From the NCBI GenBank assembly GCA_963786935.1, contig CAWBAN010000001.1:215323-279322 (forward strand): a stretch of DNA of 64,000 bases, in the 5' to 3' direction. This document shows positions 38,442 to 48,178 of the stretch, one piece after another. The notes under the pieces were generated by a model. It searched no databases. It had not been told where the DNA came from and was given only the letters and a program-made list of their open reading frames with translations. Origin of the DNA: an uncultured bacterium. Lineage in GTDB: Bacteria > Krumholzibacteriota > Krumholzibacteriia > Krumholzibacteriales > Krumholzibacteriaceae. Every line of letters starts with the position of its first letter. The stretch's first letter is position 1. The position numbers were made by a program, and so were the translations under genes.

Positions 38442-38945
38442 ATGATCGAGTTCATCGAAGCTCAAGCAGGCGCGCTCATCGTCGCGGCTCTCGCGATCGC
38501 GGTCGCCGCTCTCGCGTGCGTCGTCGTGGTGCTCGCGCAGCTCGCGCGGCTCAAACGCCCCTTCCGCGGCATGGCGGAGGTTTACGACAAGAAAGGCTCC
38601 GAGGCGGCGCTCGAGGAGCTTCTCAGGGGGGTCGACGAGAACCGCGAGTTTCTGCGCGGCCATTCCGAGGAGATCAAGCGGATTCTCCATCTGCTCGCGG
38701 GCTGCTACAGCGGAACCGGGCTCGTCAAGTACAACGCCTTCGAGGATATCGGCGGCATGCAGAGCTATTCCCTCTGTCTTCTCACCCGGGAGAAAAACGG
38801 CTATATCCTGACGAATCTCGTCGGGAGGACCTCGACGCGCGGGTACGCGCTCGATATTCGCGACGGGAAGCCGTCGCGGAAGCTGAGCGAAGAGGAGCAG
38901 GAAGCGCTCGAGGTCGCGATGAGGTCCTTCGCGGCGACCGCCTGA
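38442..38945 (+). CDS. DUF4446-family protein
   Basis: In-frame ATG 38442; the track ORF 38280..38945 reads through the tRNA. N-terminal TM. Family-like motifs VKYNAFEDIGGMQSYSLCLL, GYILTNLVGR and LSEEEQEAL. Confidence 0.7.
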   Translation: MIEFIEAQAGALIVAALAIAVAALACVVVVLAQLARLKRPFRGMAEVYDKKGSEAALEELLRGVDENREFLRGHSEEIKRILHLLAGCYSGTGLVKYNAFEDIGGMQSYSLCLLTREKNGYILTNLVGRTSTRGYALDIRDGKPSRKLSEEEQEALEVAMRSFAATA

Positions 38946-38966
38946 GCGGTCGAATGCCGGGCCGAA

Positions 38967-39629
38967 TCACCGCCGGAACGAATCGTCGTCCCCGCCCCGC
39001 CCCGATCCGATCTTCTGGAAGAATCTCCGTATGCGATGAGCGCCCCTGAGGTAGATGAATCCCGCCGCCATTCCGCCGAGATGGGCGAAATGGGCGATGC
39101 CGTCCCGGCCCGAAAACCCGTACGCGAACTCGATGATCGTCATGAAGATGACGAGCGTGCGGGCGCGGACGGGGAGGAGCCCCCAGACGTAGATCTCGGC
39201 ATAGGGGAACAGGATGGCGTACGCGAGGAGGATCCCGTAGCCGGCCCCCGAGGCGCCGATGACCGTCGTGTTGAAAGAAAAGAGAAAGCTGAGGGCCGCG
39301 CCGCCGAAACCGCAGAGGAAATAGTAATTGAGGAACCGGTTGCCGCCCCAGACGCTCTCGAGGGGCGAGCCGAACATCCAGATGATGAACATGTTGAGGA
39401 TGAGGTGCCAGATGTCCCCGTGCAGGAACATGTAGGTGACGATCTGCCAGATCCAGCCCCTCGTGACGACGAGCCTCGGCGTGAGCCCGAACATCTCGAT
39501 GAACGCGGTTCGGGCGAGGATCATCTCGATCACGTAGATGATGACGTTGATGACGATGATCTGGTTGACGACGCTGCCGGTCAGAAAATCGACGACCGGA
39601 TTCGACGAGCGCCTGCGATAGTAAGGCAT
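38967..39629 (-). CDS. Rhomboid-family intramembrane serine protease (GlpG-like, stand-alone)
   Basis: MFLHGDIWHLILNMFIIWMFG, catalytic GASGAGYG, AHLGGMAAGFIY. Confidence 0.88.
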   Translation of the reverse strand: MPYYRRRSSNPVVDFLTGSVVNQIIVINVIIYVIEMILARTAFIEMFGLTPRLVVTRGWIWQIVTYMFLHGDIWHLILNMFIIWMFGSPLESVWGGNRFLNYYFLCGFGGAALSFLFSFNTTVIGASGAGYGILLAYAILFPYAEIYVWGLLPVRARTLVIFMTIIEFAYGFSGRDGIAHFAHLGGMAAGFIYLRGAHRIRRFFQKIGSGRGGDDDSFRR

Positions 39630-39759
39630 TTCGGCCGTTCCCCCGTTTCGGACGACGATGCCTCATAATAATGCATCGGATGGCGGCGGGCAACGGGGGA
39701 GAGGAACTATTTTTTGGCTCGACCGTTGCATAGCCGTGTGTTAGCTTTCAGCCAGCGAG

Positions 39760-40644
39760 GTGATGCCCGTGCTTAAGATGTTACTCGTCGCAACGTTGAT
39801 TCTCGCCTCGGCACCGGGGATAACCGAGGGAAAGACCTGGATCGTTCCGTCGATGGCGCCCACGATCAAGGCAGCCGTCGATTCCTGCGCGGTCTCGGGG
39901 GACGCCATCTCCATCACGGGGGGCGTGTACCACGAGGGCTCGATCGTCGTGGACGGAAAGAACATTTCGATAAGTCCAGCCGCCAGCGCGACGGTCATCG
40001 TGATCGCGCCTTCGGCGGGGATCGGGACGGGCTTCGTGTTCAGGAACACGAGCGGCGGTTCGATCATCAGCCTTATCGTGAGAGAATTCGGCACCGCGGT
40101 CGCCGTCGAAAACGCCTCTCCTTTGTTTCAATTCATGTCGCTGAAGTCGTGCACGAAGGGCTTGACCGTCGCGGGAGCCTCCACGGCGATTTTCAACTAC
40201 AGCATCGTCGATTCGTGCGTCACGGGCATCGAGGTTCAGGCCGGCTCGGTCACCCTCCAGAACGAAACGATCGTGCGCTGCGGGACGGGCGTGAGGTTCC
40301 TCGGCGGAAGCACGACCATGACCCGATCGATCGTATACGGCTGCACGACGGGCGTGCAGTGCTCCGGCGGAGGCGCGACCCTCGGTTGCAACGACTTCTG
40401 GGTGAATGGAGCGAACTACGACGCGTGCGCGGCGGGAACGAACGATTTCGATCTCGATCCGAAATTCTGCTTCTGGGCGTCGAGCGGCGGTCCCTATCAG
40501 CTTCACTCCACTTCGCCCTGCTTCGTGGTCGCGCTGAATCCATGCAACGTGAAAATCGGCGCCATCACGTCCCCCCTCGCGGGCTGCTTGGGCACGGCGG
40601 TGGAGCGCTCGAACTGGGGATCGATCAAGAACATCTACCGCTGA
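39760..40644 (+). CDS. Secreted right-handed parallel beta-helix repeat protein
   Basis: Signal peptide (LLVATLILASAPGITEG). Repeated about-22-aa units of the type xIxGCxxGIxxxGGSxTL. It ends ...GCLGTAVERSNWGSIKNIYR. The start may be 39760, 39763 or 39778. Confidence 0.65.
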   Translation: MMPVLKMLLVATLILASAPGITEGKTWIVPSMAPTIKAAVDSCAVSGDAISITGGVYHEGSIVVDGKNISISPAASATVIVIAPSAGIGTGFVFRNTSGGSIISLIVREFGTAVAVENASPLFQFMSLKSCTKGLTVAGASTAIFNYSIVDSCVTGIEVQAGSVTLQNETIVRCGTGVRFLGGSTTMTRSIVYGCTTGVQCSGGGATLGCNDFWVNGANYDACAAGTNDFDLDPKFCFWASSGGPYQLHSTSPCFVVALNPCNVKIGAITSPLAGCLGTAVERSNWGSIKNIYR

Positions 40645-40659
40645 TTCGCGGGCGAATCG

Positions 40660-42405
40660 ATGGATCTGTTTCATAATCCAGCCGGGAGACGAACGTCGAG
40701 AGACGCGGCATGGCTCGCCGCCGTCGCGTGCCTCGCGGCGCTCTCGGCGTGCGCGCTCGCCGGCGGGGCGCACGCGCGCGCCGGAGACAAGGAGAAAACG
40801 ATCGTGGAGGCGGTGTATTACAACGGGAAGATCCATACGCTGGACGCGGCTCGACCGGTCGTCGAGGCGATCTCGGTCGCCGGGGGACGCGTCGTCGAGA
40901 CGGGAAGCTCGCGGGAGCTGCTCGAGCGCTCGGCGCCGCTCACGCGGACGATCGATCTCGGGGGGCGCGCCGTCATCCCGGGCCTCACCGACGCCCACGC
41001 TCATTTTCTCGGGTACGCCAAGCTCGCCACGCGGCTCGATCTCGTCGGCACGGCATCGCTCGACGAGATTCTTGGAATGGTCGCCGCGAAGGCCGCTTCC
41101 ATCCGGACCGGAGAATGGATTCTCGGGAGAGGCTGGGACCAGAACGACTGGCCCGATACGCGCTATCCGGAGCGCCCGGCCCTCGACCGGATCGCGCCGG
41201 ACAATCCCGTCTTTCTCGTCCGCGTCTGCGGGCACGCGGCGTACGTCAATTCGGCCGCGCTCCGCGCGGCCGGTGTCTCGCGGAGCACCGCGGATCCGCA
41301 GGGCGGAAAGATCCTCCGGGACGCGCGGGGGGAGCCGACGGGCATCCTCCTCGATAACGCCGTGGAGCTCGTGTCGAAGGCCGTTCCGCCCCTCTCGCGG
41401 GACGAGAAGAGAACGCTCATGGTCGCCGCCGCGCACCGGTGCCTCGCCGCCGGCCTCGTCGGCGTCCATGAGATGGGAATCGCGGCCGAGGACGTCTCTC
41501 TCTACGAGGAGCTCGCCGCGTCGGGGAGCTTTCCCTTCAGGATCACCGGCTATCTCTCGTCCGACGACCCGGACATCGGGCCTTTCCGTGAGGCCGGTCC
41601 GCGAGCCGGCCGCGGCGACGAGCTCTTCCGGATCGTCGGCGCGAAATTCTACGCGGACGGATCGCTCGGGGCGCGGAGCGCCGCGCTCATCGACGATTAC
41701 TCGGACGATCCCGGGAACCGGGGCATTCTCATGCAATCCCCCGACAGCCTGTTCCGGCTGATGCTCCCGTGGCGCGAGCGCGGATTCCAGACCGCAGTGC
41801 ACGCGATCGGGGACGGCGGCGTCCGCGAAGCGCTCGACGTGTGCGAGCGGCTCGGAGTCGCGCATCCCGCTCCGGACGCGAGGCCGCGCGTCGAGCACGC
41901 ACAGATCGTCGCGGCCGGCGACGTTCCGCGGTTCGCGCGCCTCGGGGTAGTTCCGTCGATGCAGTTCATCCACTGCACGTCGGACATGCCGTGGGTCGAG
42001 GCGCGGATAGGCGCGGAGCGGGCGGCGGGCGCCTACGCCTGGCGCTCCCTCGTCGCCGCGGGAAGCCGTATTCCGGGCGGGAGCGATTTTCCGGTGGAGT
42101 CGATCGATCCGCTGCTCGGCATCCACGCGGCGGTCACGAGGCGGAATCTCGCGGGCGAGCCGCCGGGCGGGTGGCGCCCCGAGCAGCGTCTCACCGTCGC
42201 GGAGGCCGTCGCCGCCTTCACGGTCGAGGCCGCGTACGCGGCGCACGCCGAGGCGGTCGCGGGATCGCTCGCGCCGGGCAGGCTCGCCGATTTCATCGTG
42301 CTGTCGGACGATATCTTCGCGTCGGATCCCGATCGGATACCGGCGATACGCGTGCTGGCGACGGTGCTCGGCGGGGAGATCGTTTACCGCTCGGACTCGC
42401 TCTAA
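40660..42405 (+). CDS. Amidohydrolase-family metal-dependent hydrolase (YtcJ-like), exported or membrane-anchored
   Basis: N-terminal hydrophobic segment. Motifs PGLTDAHAHFLGY, KFYADGSLGARSA, AVHAIGDG, GSDFPVE. Confidence 0.82.
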   Translation: MDLFHNPAGRRTSRDAAWLAAVACLAALSACALAGGAHARAGDKEKTIVEAVYYNGKIHTLDAARPVVEAISVAGGRVVETGSSRELLERSAPLTRTIDLGGRAVIPGLTDAHAHFLGYAKLATRLDLVGTASLDEILGMVAAKAASIRTGEWILGRGWDQNDWPDTRYPERPALDRIAPDNPVFLVRVCGHAAYVNSAALRAAGVSRSTADPQGGKILRDARGEPTGILLDNAVELVSKAVPPLSRDEKRTLMVAAAHRCLAAGLVGVHEMGIAAEDVSLYEELAASGSFPFRITGYLSSDDPDIGPFREAGPRAGRGDELFRIVGAKFYADGSLGARSAALIDDYSDDPGNRGILMQSPDSLFRLMLPWRERGFQTAVHAIGDGGVREALDVCERLGVAHPAPDARPRVEHAQIVAAGDVPRFARLGVVPSMQFIHCTSDMPWVEARIGAERAAGAYAWRSLVAAGSRIPGGSDFPVESIDPLLGIHAAVTRRNLAGEPPGGWRPEQRLTVAEAVAAFTVEAAYAAHAEAVAGSLAPGRLADFIVLSDDIFASDPDRIPAIRVLATVLGGEIVYRSDSL

Positions 42406-44104
42406 TCCTCTCTCGTTCTCGGCAGAATCGTCGGAAGGGGAAGATCTCTCGAAGCGAGGAGCATCTTGGCGAGCTCCTCCTGCGGATTGGCGTATCCGAA
42501 CACGTACGAGATGTTCTTGATCATCTCATCGACGAGAATCATCGAAATCGCGGGATAGGCGAGCGACGGCGACACCGACGCCGCGAGCACCTCGCGCTCC
42601 GCCTCGCCGCGCTCGAGCCCGAGCGTCGAGACGAGATACCCGGCCGCGGCCTCCGAGGTCATCGTGCCCGCGTGCAGGGAGAGGACGACGATGAGCCGCG
42701 CGTACTGCCGCACCTGATCCTCGAGGACGAGGTTGTAGAGCGCGGCGTCGCGCTTTTTGATCTCCGCCGAAAGCTCGAGAACGGCGAGGTAGCGCCATCC
42801 GGCCTCGAAGGTGGCGCTCGCGAAGATCTCCGCGACCGTATCCCGGGCCGCGCATCGGAGCAGGCCCGGCTCGAGCATGCGCGGGACGGCGTCGAGGAGC
42901 GCGAACCGCAGCGCCGCCTCGCTCTCGCGCCTCGCTCCCGCCGGAAGCGCGACGGCCATCCGGCACGGGGGCGCCGGGCCCGCCGCCGCGACCGCCGCGG
43001 CCTCGCGGGCCGGGGGAATCGAGAGGCAGGGGTTCTCCGAGGAGCGCGAGACGTACCGCGGCGACGACGGGTACGCGATCGCGACCCGCTCGCGCGGCGG
43101 ATTCCCCGGGGGAGCGCCCCGGTCGCAGAGGGCCTCGAGCGCGGCGAGCACGCGGGCGGCCTTCGCCTCGAAGGGCTCGTCTGCCGGGCGCCGGGCGGCC
43201 GCCGTGTCCGCGCGCGCCCCCCGCTCCCGCTCGTACTCGATGCGCCTGATGAGGGCCGAGCGCTCGCCCTCGATGCGCGTGATCTGCTTCTGCGCCTCGG
43301 TGACGAGCATGTTCGGATCGGAATCGATCATTTCGTCGTAGCGGAAAATTTTCGTCAGATTCTCCGAGCCGATGATGGTGCGCCCGTAGGAGGCCGGCAG
43401 GAGCGTCGAGGACGCGAATTCGCGGAAATCCCGAATCGCGAATCTCACGGCGTCGAACTCGGCGCTGAGCGATGTCCCGTATCTCGCCTCCACGAGGCGC
43501 GCGAGCCGGGGAAGCCCCGCCTCGAGCGTGTCGAGCCGCTCGAGCGCGCGCCGCAGGTGCCAATCGGCGGGATTCTCGAGATTCACCGTTCCGTTCGAGA
43601 GGAGGGGGGAACGCGGAGGATGCGTTTCCGGTAGGCCTCGAGCTCGCCGTCGTACGGCGGCGCGATTCTCGACGGTATCGTCCAGAGCGCCTCTTCCGCG
43701 GCCCACGTGTAGAGCAGGGGATTCGAGCGCGTCGAGCCGAGGATTTCGAAGGCGAACCGCTCGCCCCGGAGCCGGTTGATGATGACCGTCGCGCGGTCCA
43801 CGTCGGCCGCGTCCAGACGCCCCGCCGGCAGTTTCGAGAACCGGGATTCGAGGCCCTTCAGCTGCTTGATCGCCTCGTCGATCTCCTGCTTCGAGTAGGT
43901 GAAGAGGAGCGAGTCGGCCGATGCGAAGCCGAGTCGCGAACAGCGGAGCGGTTCGATCCGGATGGAGAGCTCCACGGCACTCGAGGCGAGTCGCCGGTAC
44001 GCGTCGTCGTCGTCCGCGGTGTTTTTCCCGCCGCCGCATCCCGCGGCGAGGGACGCGAACAGGACGACGGCTGATACGGCGCGGATCGATCCGGGGGCTT
44101 TCAC
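42402..44104 (-). pseudogene. DUF885-like lipoprotein gene interrupted by a 1-nt frameshift at a G6/C6 run (43604-43609)
   Basis: Track ORF 43583..44104 (-) holds the N-terminal part with lipobox LAAGC. The C-terminal roughly 400 aa of track ORF 42402..44039 (-) form the rest. Adding one C to the C6 run joins them as ...RILRVPP|LLSNGTVNLENPADW..., about 567 aa. The family call rests on length, the lipoprotein N-terminus and C-terminal resemblance only. Confidence 0.55.
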
Positions 44105-44311
44105 TCGGCTCCTCTCGCCGCGCGAGGCGTCGCCATCCCTCCGGCCGCGCCCGCGCGTTTCATGCTATATAACCACTCCCCGCGCGCAAGTAAACAGCTT
44201 TCGTCTCCTTCCCGGGGGGAAGAAATTCGCTTATTTCCTTGAGGAGCGCGTCCCGTTTTGCGTACAATTCGCCGACAGGAATCGCCGTCGTTCGGGCCGG
44301 AAGGAGCGCTG

Positions 44312-45775
44312 GTGAACGAGAGGCGCGGAACCGCCGGAAGAAGTCTCATATCGAACCGCTTCGCGGTGATCACCATCGCGATTCTGTTCGGCGCGAGCCT
44401 CGCCGGCTGGATCGCCACCGAGCTCGTTCCCCCCGATTTTCCCGCGCGGGAGGCCTTCTTCCGCGCGGCGTGGGGCAACGCGGCCGTCACGGCCGTCACG
44501 GCGCTCCGCCTCTTCGATCCCTTCCACTCACTCTGGTATCGTTTCGTCCTCGGGTTCTTCTGCGTCGTGCTGTTCCTCTGCGTCGTGTCGCGATGGAGGC
44601 AGCTGGCGCTGAGCTCGCTCCGCGCGTCGCTCCCCGCCGCCCCCGGCGAGCTCGGCGGAAAGCGGCTCTCGTTCGAATTCTCCTGGCGGTCCCTCGCGAG
44701 CGGCGGCGGGGGTTCCCGGGATCCCGTCGCGCACTTCGCCGAGCGGTACGGGCGCGCCGAGCCGGTCGACGCGGAAACGCTGCGCCGCTCTTTCTCCCGC
44801 ATCGCCGCGCTTCTCCGGAAGCGGGGATACCGCGTGATTGACCGGGAGAGCCCGGCGGGCATCGCGTTCGCCGCGGTCGCGGGAAGGCTGCGTTCGCCGG
44901 GAACCATGCTCTTCCACGCGGGCATTCTCGTGATCACGATCGGCGGCATCATCGGCAGCTACGGCGGCTGGCGCGAGATGGTGTACGTGCGGGAGGGGAC
45001 GGCCGTTCCGTTCCCGCGGGACAGCTCGCTCTCGATACGCGTCGACGATTTCGAGATCCGGATGACGGAACGCGGGGAGATACGGAGCTTCGTGTCGACC
45101 GTCTCGGTCGCCGACGAGCGGGGAGTCGCCGTCGCTTTCGGCGACGTCGAGGTCAACCGGCCGATGAAGGTCGGCGGCCGCCGCATCTATCAGAGCGAAT
45201 ACTCCACCGACGACGACGAGTTCGCGCTGGCCCGCATCGAGTACGCGCTGCCGGAGCGGGGCGCGCGCGGCTCGATCGATCTCGTCTCCGCCGCTCCGGC
45301 TGCGCTCGACAGCGGGCGCGTCGTCGTCACGGTGCTCCGTTTCTTTCCCGATTTCCGGATGGGCTCGAGCGGGCCGTTCACGGCGAGCCCGTATCCTTCG
45401 AATCCGGCCCTCGAGATCGAAGTGGCGTACGGGGGGGACGTGGAGCGCGGATGGCTCTTCCTCTACCACCGTGACTTCAACACGCGGTTCATCGCGCCCG
45501 TCGAGCTCGCGTTCACCCGCTTCGAGCCCGTGTACTACACGGGGCTCGAGGTGAGCGCCGATCCCGGAACGGGGGTCCTCATCGCGGGCTTCGCCGCCGC
45601 CACGCTCGGGCTGCTCCTCATGTACGGCTGCAATCCGCGCGTGGTGAAGGGCTTCGCCCGCCCCGACGGCGTCGTCGTGGCGGCGCTCGAGCCCCGGTGG
45701 CGGGCGAGCTTCGAACGGGAATTCGCCGATCTTCGCGAATCGATGAGAAAAGAGCTCGGACAGGGGGGAGGATAG
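44312..45775 (+). CDS. resB: Cytochrome c biogenesis protein ResB/Ccs1 (System II)
   Basis: GTG 44312 lies 5 nt after AAGGAG, inside track ORF 44258..45775. N-terminal TMs, a large periplasmic domain and a C-terminal TM (YYTGLEVSADPGTGVLIAGFAAATLGLLLMY). ccsA follows immediately. Confidence 0.8.
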   Translation: MNERRGTAGRSLISNRFAVITIAILFGASLAGWIATELVPPDFPAREAFFRAAWGNAAVTAVTALRLFDPFHSLWYRFVLGFFCVVLFLCVVSRWRQLALSSLRASLPAAPGELGGKRLSFEFSWRSLASGGGGSRDPVAHFAERYGRAEPVDAETLRRSFSRIAALLRKRGYRVIDRESPAGIAFAAVAGRLRSPGTMLFHAGILVITIGGIIGSYGGWREMVYVREGTAVPFPRDSSLSIRVDDFEIRMTERGEIRSFVSTVSVADERGVAVAFGDVEVNRPMKVGGRRIYQSEYSTDDDEFALARIEYALPERGARGSIDLVSAAPAALDSGRVVVTVLRFFPDFRMGSSGPFTASPYPSNPALEIEVAYGGDVERGWLFLYHRDFNTRFIAPVELAFTRFEPVYYTGLEVSADPGTGVLIAGFAAATLGLLLMYGCNPRVVKGFARPDGVVVAALEPRWRASFEREFADLRESMRKELGQGGG

Positions 45776-45777
45776 CC

Positions 45778-46592
45778 GTGACATCTGCGCTGGATACGAG
45801 ATTCTTCTGGCTGTCGTTCTGGCTGTATCTCGCCGCGTTCCTCGTCTTCTGCGGCTACGCGGCCATCCGTCGGCGCGGCATCGGAATCGCGGCGACGGTC
45901 GCGTTCCTCGGCGCGTTCTCGCTGCACACGGCGGGTCTCGCCGCGCGGTGGGTCATCACGACGCATCCGCCCTTTTCGACGATGTACGAATACGCCGTGA
46001 CGATGTCGTGGGCCGTGGCGCTCTCGTTCATCGTCGTCATGGCGCGATTCCGGCGGATGGCGCTCGGGGTGGTCGTGTCCCCCGTGCTGCTCGTCGTCCT
46101 CGTCATCGCCTCGCTCCTGCCGAAGGAAGCGTCGAAGCAGCTCATGCCGGCGCTCCAGAGCTACTGGTTCTACATCCACGTGACCCTCGCCGCGTGCGCG
46201 GAGGGCGCCTTCATCGTGGCCGCCGGCGCGGGGATCGTCTATCTCCTCCGCCGCCGTTCCGGGACGGGGAGCGGAGCGTGCTCCCCTCGCCCGACCTGCT
46301 CGAGGAGATCATCTCGCGTTCGCTCCGCATCGGGTACCCGCTCTTCACGATCGGAGCGCTCTTCGCCGGCGCGATATGGGCGCGGTACGCCTGGGGGAGA
46401 TTCTGGAGCTGGGATCCGAAGGAGACGGGTTCGCTCGTCCTCTGGCTCTACTACACCCTCGTGCTCCATCAGAACGTGCGCGGCGCCTGGCGCGGCAGAA
46501 CGCTCGCGATCCTTTCGATCGTGGGGCTCGCGATCGCCATCGTCTCGTTTCTCGGGAATCTCTTCTTCGGCGGGATGCACTCGTACGTGTGA
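45778..46592 (+). pseudogene. ccsA: Cytochrome c biogenesis protein CcsA/ResC, split by an apparent 1-nt frameshift near 46250-46260
   Basis: The N-terminal TMs lie in the frame of track ORF 45697..46707, from GTG 45778 after GGGGGGAGGA. The C-terminal part with the heme-handling Trp-rich motif (WARYAWGRFWSWDPKETGSLVLWLYY) lies in the frame of ORF 45948..46592. One extra base after ...cgc cgc cg gives ...IVYLLRRR-FRDGERSVLPSPDLLEE.... Confidence 0.8.
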
Positions 46593-46699
46593 GCCGCCCC
46601 GTCACGCGGGTCCTGTCGGCGATTGCACCCCGTCCGTGCTCGCTCGCAAAGCTCGCTCCGCCCGGCCGGGGGCCCCATCGCCGCCACCCGCGCGCGAGA

Positions 46700-48178
46700 T
46701 TATCTGATCAGGAGGATCTTTCGTTCGACGCGCAGCTTGCCCGCGCGGGCGAGCGCGAAGTAGACGCCCGGCGGGAGGGGACGGCCGGCGCCGTCCGCGC
46801 CGTCCCAGGCGATCCGATGCGCGCCCCGCGCGACCGGCCCCGAAAGCAGGCTCCGCACGCGGCGTCCGCTCGCGTCGTAGATCGTTACGCTCGCCGCGCA
46901 CGCCCCGGGCACGGAGAGCTCGATGCTCGTCGAGGCGCCGAACGGATTCGGAGCGACCGCCATGGCGAGCCGGATATCCGGCGGGGGAGGCGGACCGGCG
47001 TCCCCGTCCGCCGTTCCGTTCGAAGGATCGATGTATTCGCGGTAATAGATCTCCTGATTGCCGTCGCGCGAGTCGACCCAGGCGAGGTGGAGGTTCCGGT
47101 TCGGCCCCGCGATGAGGCAGGGGAGCTCCGATATGCCGACGGCGTTCGTGATGCGGACCGGCCCCGTCCAGGCGCCGGCGACGCGCCTTCTGAAGTAGAT
47201 CTCCGAGTTCGAGGCGTCCTCGCTCCGCCAGTAGGCGAGCACGGCCTCTCCGTCCGCGGCGGCGATGCTCGGGTGATAGTGCGTCCTCGCTTCGTTCGTG
47301 AGCGCGATCTCACTCTCCCACCCGGCCGGGCCGCGCCGGCGATAATAGATCTGCTCGAACGATCCCCGCTTGTCGATCCAGGCGACGTGCACGAATCCGC
47401 TGTCGTCGACCGCGATGCTCGGCCGCATCGCGTTGTTCGCCGGATCGGTGAGGAGCACCTCGTCGAGCCAGACGCTTCCGGACCATTCGCGGTAGTAGAT
47501 CTTTCCGATGAGCGTGTCCCCCCGCGTGTCCCACCACGCGACATGAAGCGATCCGCCGGGACCCGCGACCATCGACGGAACCATGCGGTTCCCCGTCGCG
47601 ATGTTCGTGAGGGGCACCGCCGCCGTCCATTTGTTGCTCTTGAAGGCGCGGTAGAGGATCTGGAGATTTCCCGAGGCGTCCTCCTCCATGTAGACCATGT
47701 GCAGGGTGTCCGCCTCGGCGGCGAGCGCCGATCCGAACGATTCTCCCGGGGTGTTCGTGACGCGCCGGTCGTCGTCCCATATGCCGGCCCAGTTGTTGTG
47801 ATAGATTTCTTTGTTTCCGTCGCGCTCGTCGTTCCAGGCGAGATGCAGCCAACCCGAGTCGTCCACCGCGAGATTCGGTCTCGCCGAATAGGCGGGATCG
47901 TTCGTGACGCGTTCGTCGGCGCCCCAGGCTGCCCCCGCTCTCATCTTGTGGTAGATTTCGAAGTTTCTATCCCGCTCGTCGAGCCAAACGACGTGGAGAT
48001 TGCCTTCGAGGTCCACGGCGAGCCATTTCGCGTTGTTGGGGGCCGTGAAGGAGGTGGCGGCGTCGTTCGTCAGACGCACTTCGGGCTGCCAGCCCGCCTG
48101 AAGCGCGGCCTGTCCGCTTGAAAAGGCAAGCGAAGTGATCGCCGTAACCAATAATATTAGATGAAAATAGGAGTGCAT
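46700..48178 (-). CDS. Secreted 7-bladed beta-propeller-like repeat protein with a T9SS type-A C-terminal sorting domain
   Basis: I prefer ATG 48178, which gives the signal peptide MHSYFHLILLVTAITSLAFS. Seven repeats of about 50 aa follow. The last ~92 aa are NPFGASTSIELSV...VTIYDASGRRV...GVYFALARAGKLRVERKILLIR. Confidence 0.8.
   Translation of the reverse strand: MHSYFHLILLVTAITSLAFSSGQAALQAGWQPEVRLTNDAATSFTAPNNAKWLAVDLEGNLHVVWLDERDRNFEIYHKMRAGAAWGADERVTNDPAYSARPNLAVDDSGWLHLAWNDERDGNKEIYHNNWAGIWDDDRRVTNTPGESFGSALAAEADTLHMVYMEEDASGNLQILYRAFKSNKWTAAVPLTNIATGNRMVPSMVAGPGGSLHVAWWDTRGDTLIGKIYYREWSGSVWLDEVLLTDPANNAMRPSIAVDDSGFVHVAWIDKRGSFEQIYYRRRGPAGWESEIALTNEARTHYHPSIAAADGEAVLAYWRSEDASNSEIYFRRRVAGAWTGPVRITNAVGISELPCLIAGPNRNLHLAWVDSRDGNQEIYYREYIDPSNGTADGDAGPPPPPDIRLAMAVAPNPFGASTSIELSVPGACAASVTIYDASGRRVRSLLSGPVARGAHRIAWDGADGAGRPLPPGVYFALARAGKLRVERKILLIR
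47033..48076 (-). repeat. Seven tandem coding repeats of about 150 nt (protein-level blades)
   Basis: Blade pattern (R/L)(L/V/I)T(N/D)...PS(I/L)AVDDSG.LH(V/L)AW.D.RDGN.EIYY...W. Blade starts at residues 54, 109, 158, 208, 261, 311 and 361 of the track ORF. Confidence 0.7.

Noticed and set aside
39781-42246. 821-aa minus-strand ORF.
   Set aside because: It is antisense to the beta-helix and amidohydrolase genes. Arg/Asp/Glu/Pro-rich with no recognisable motifs.
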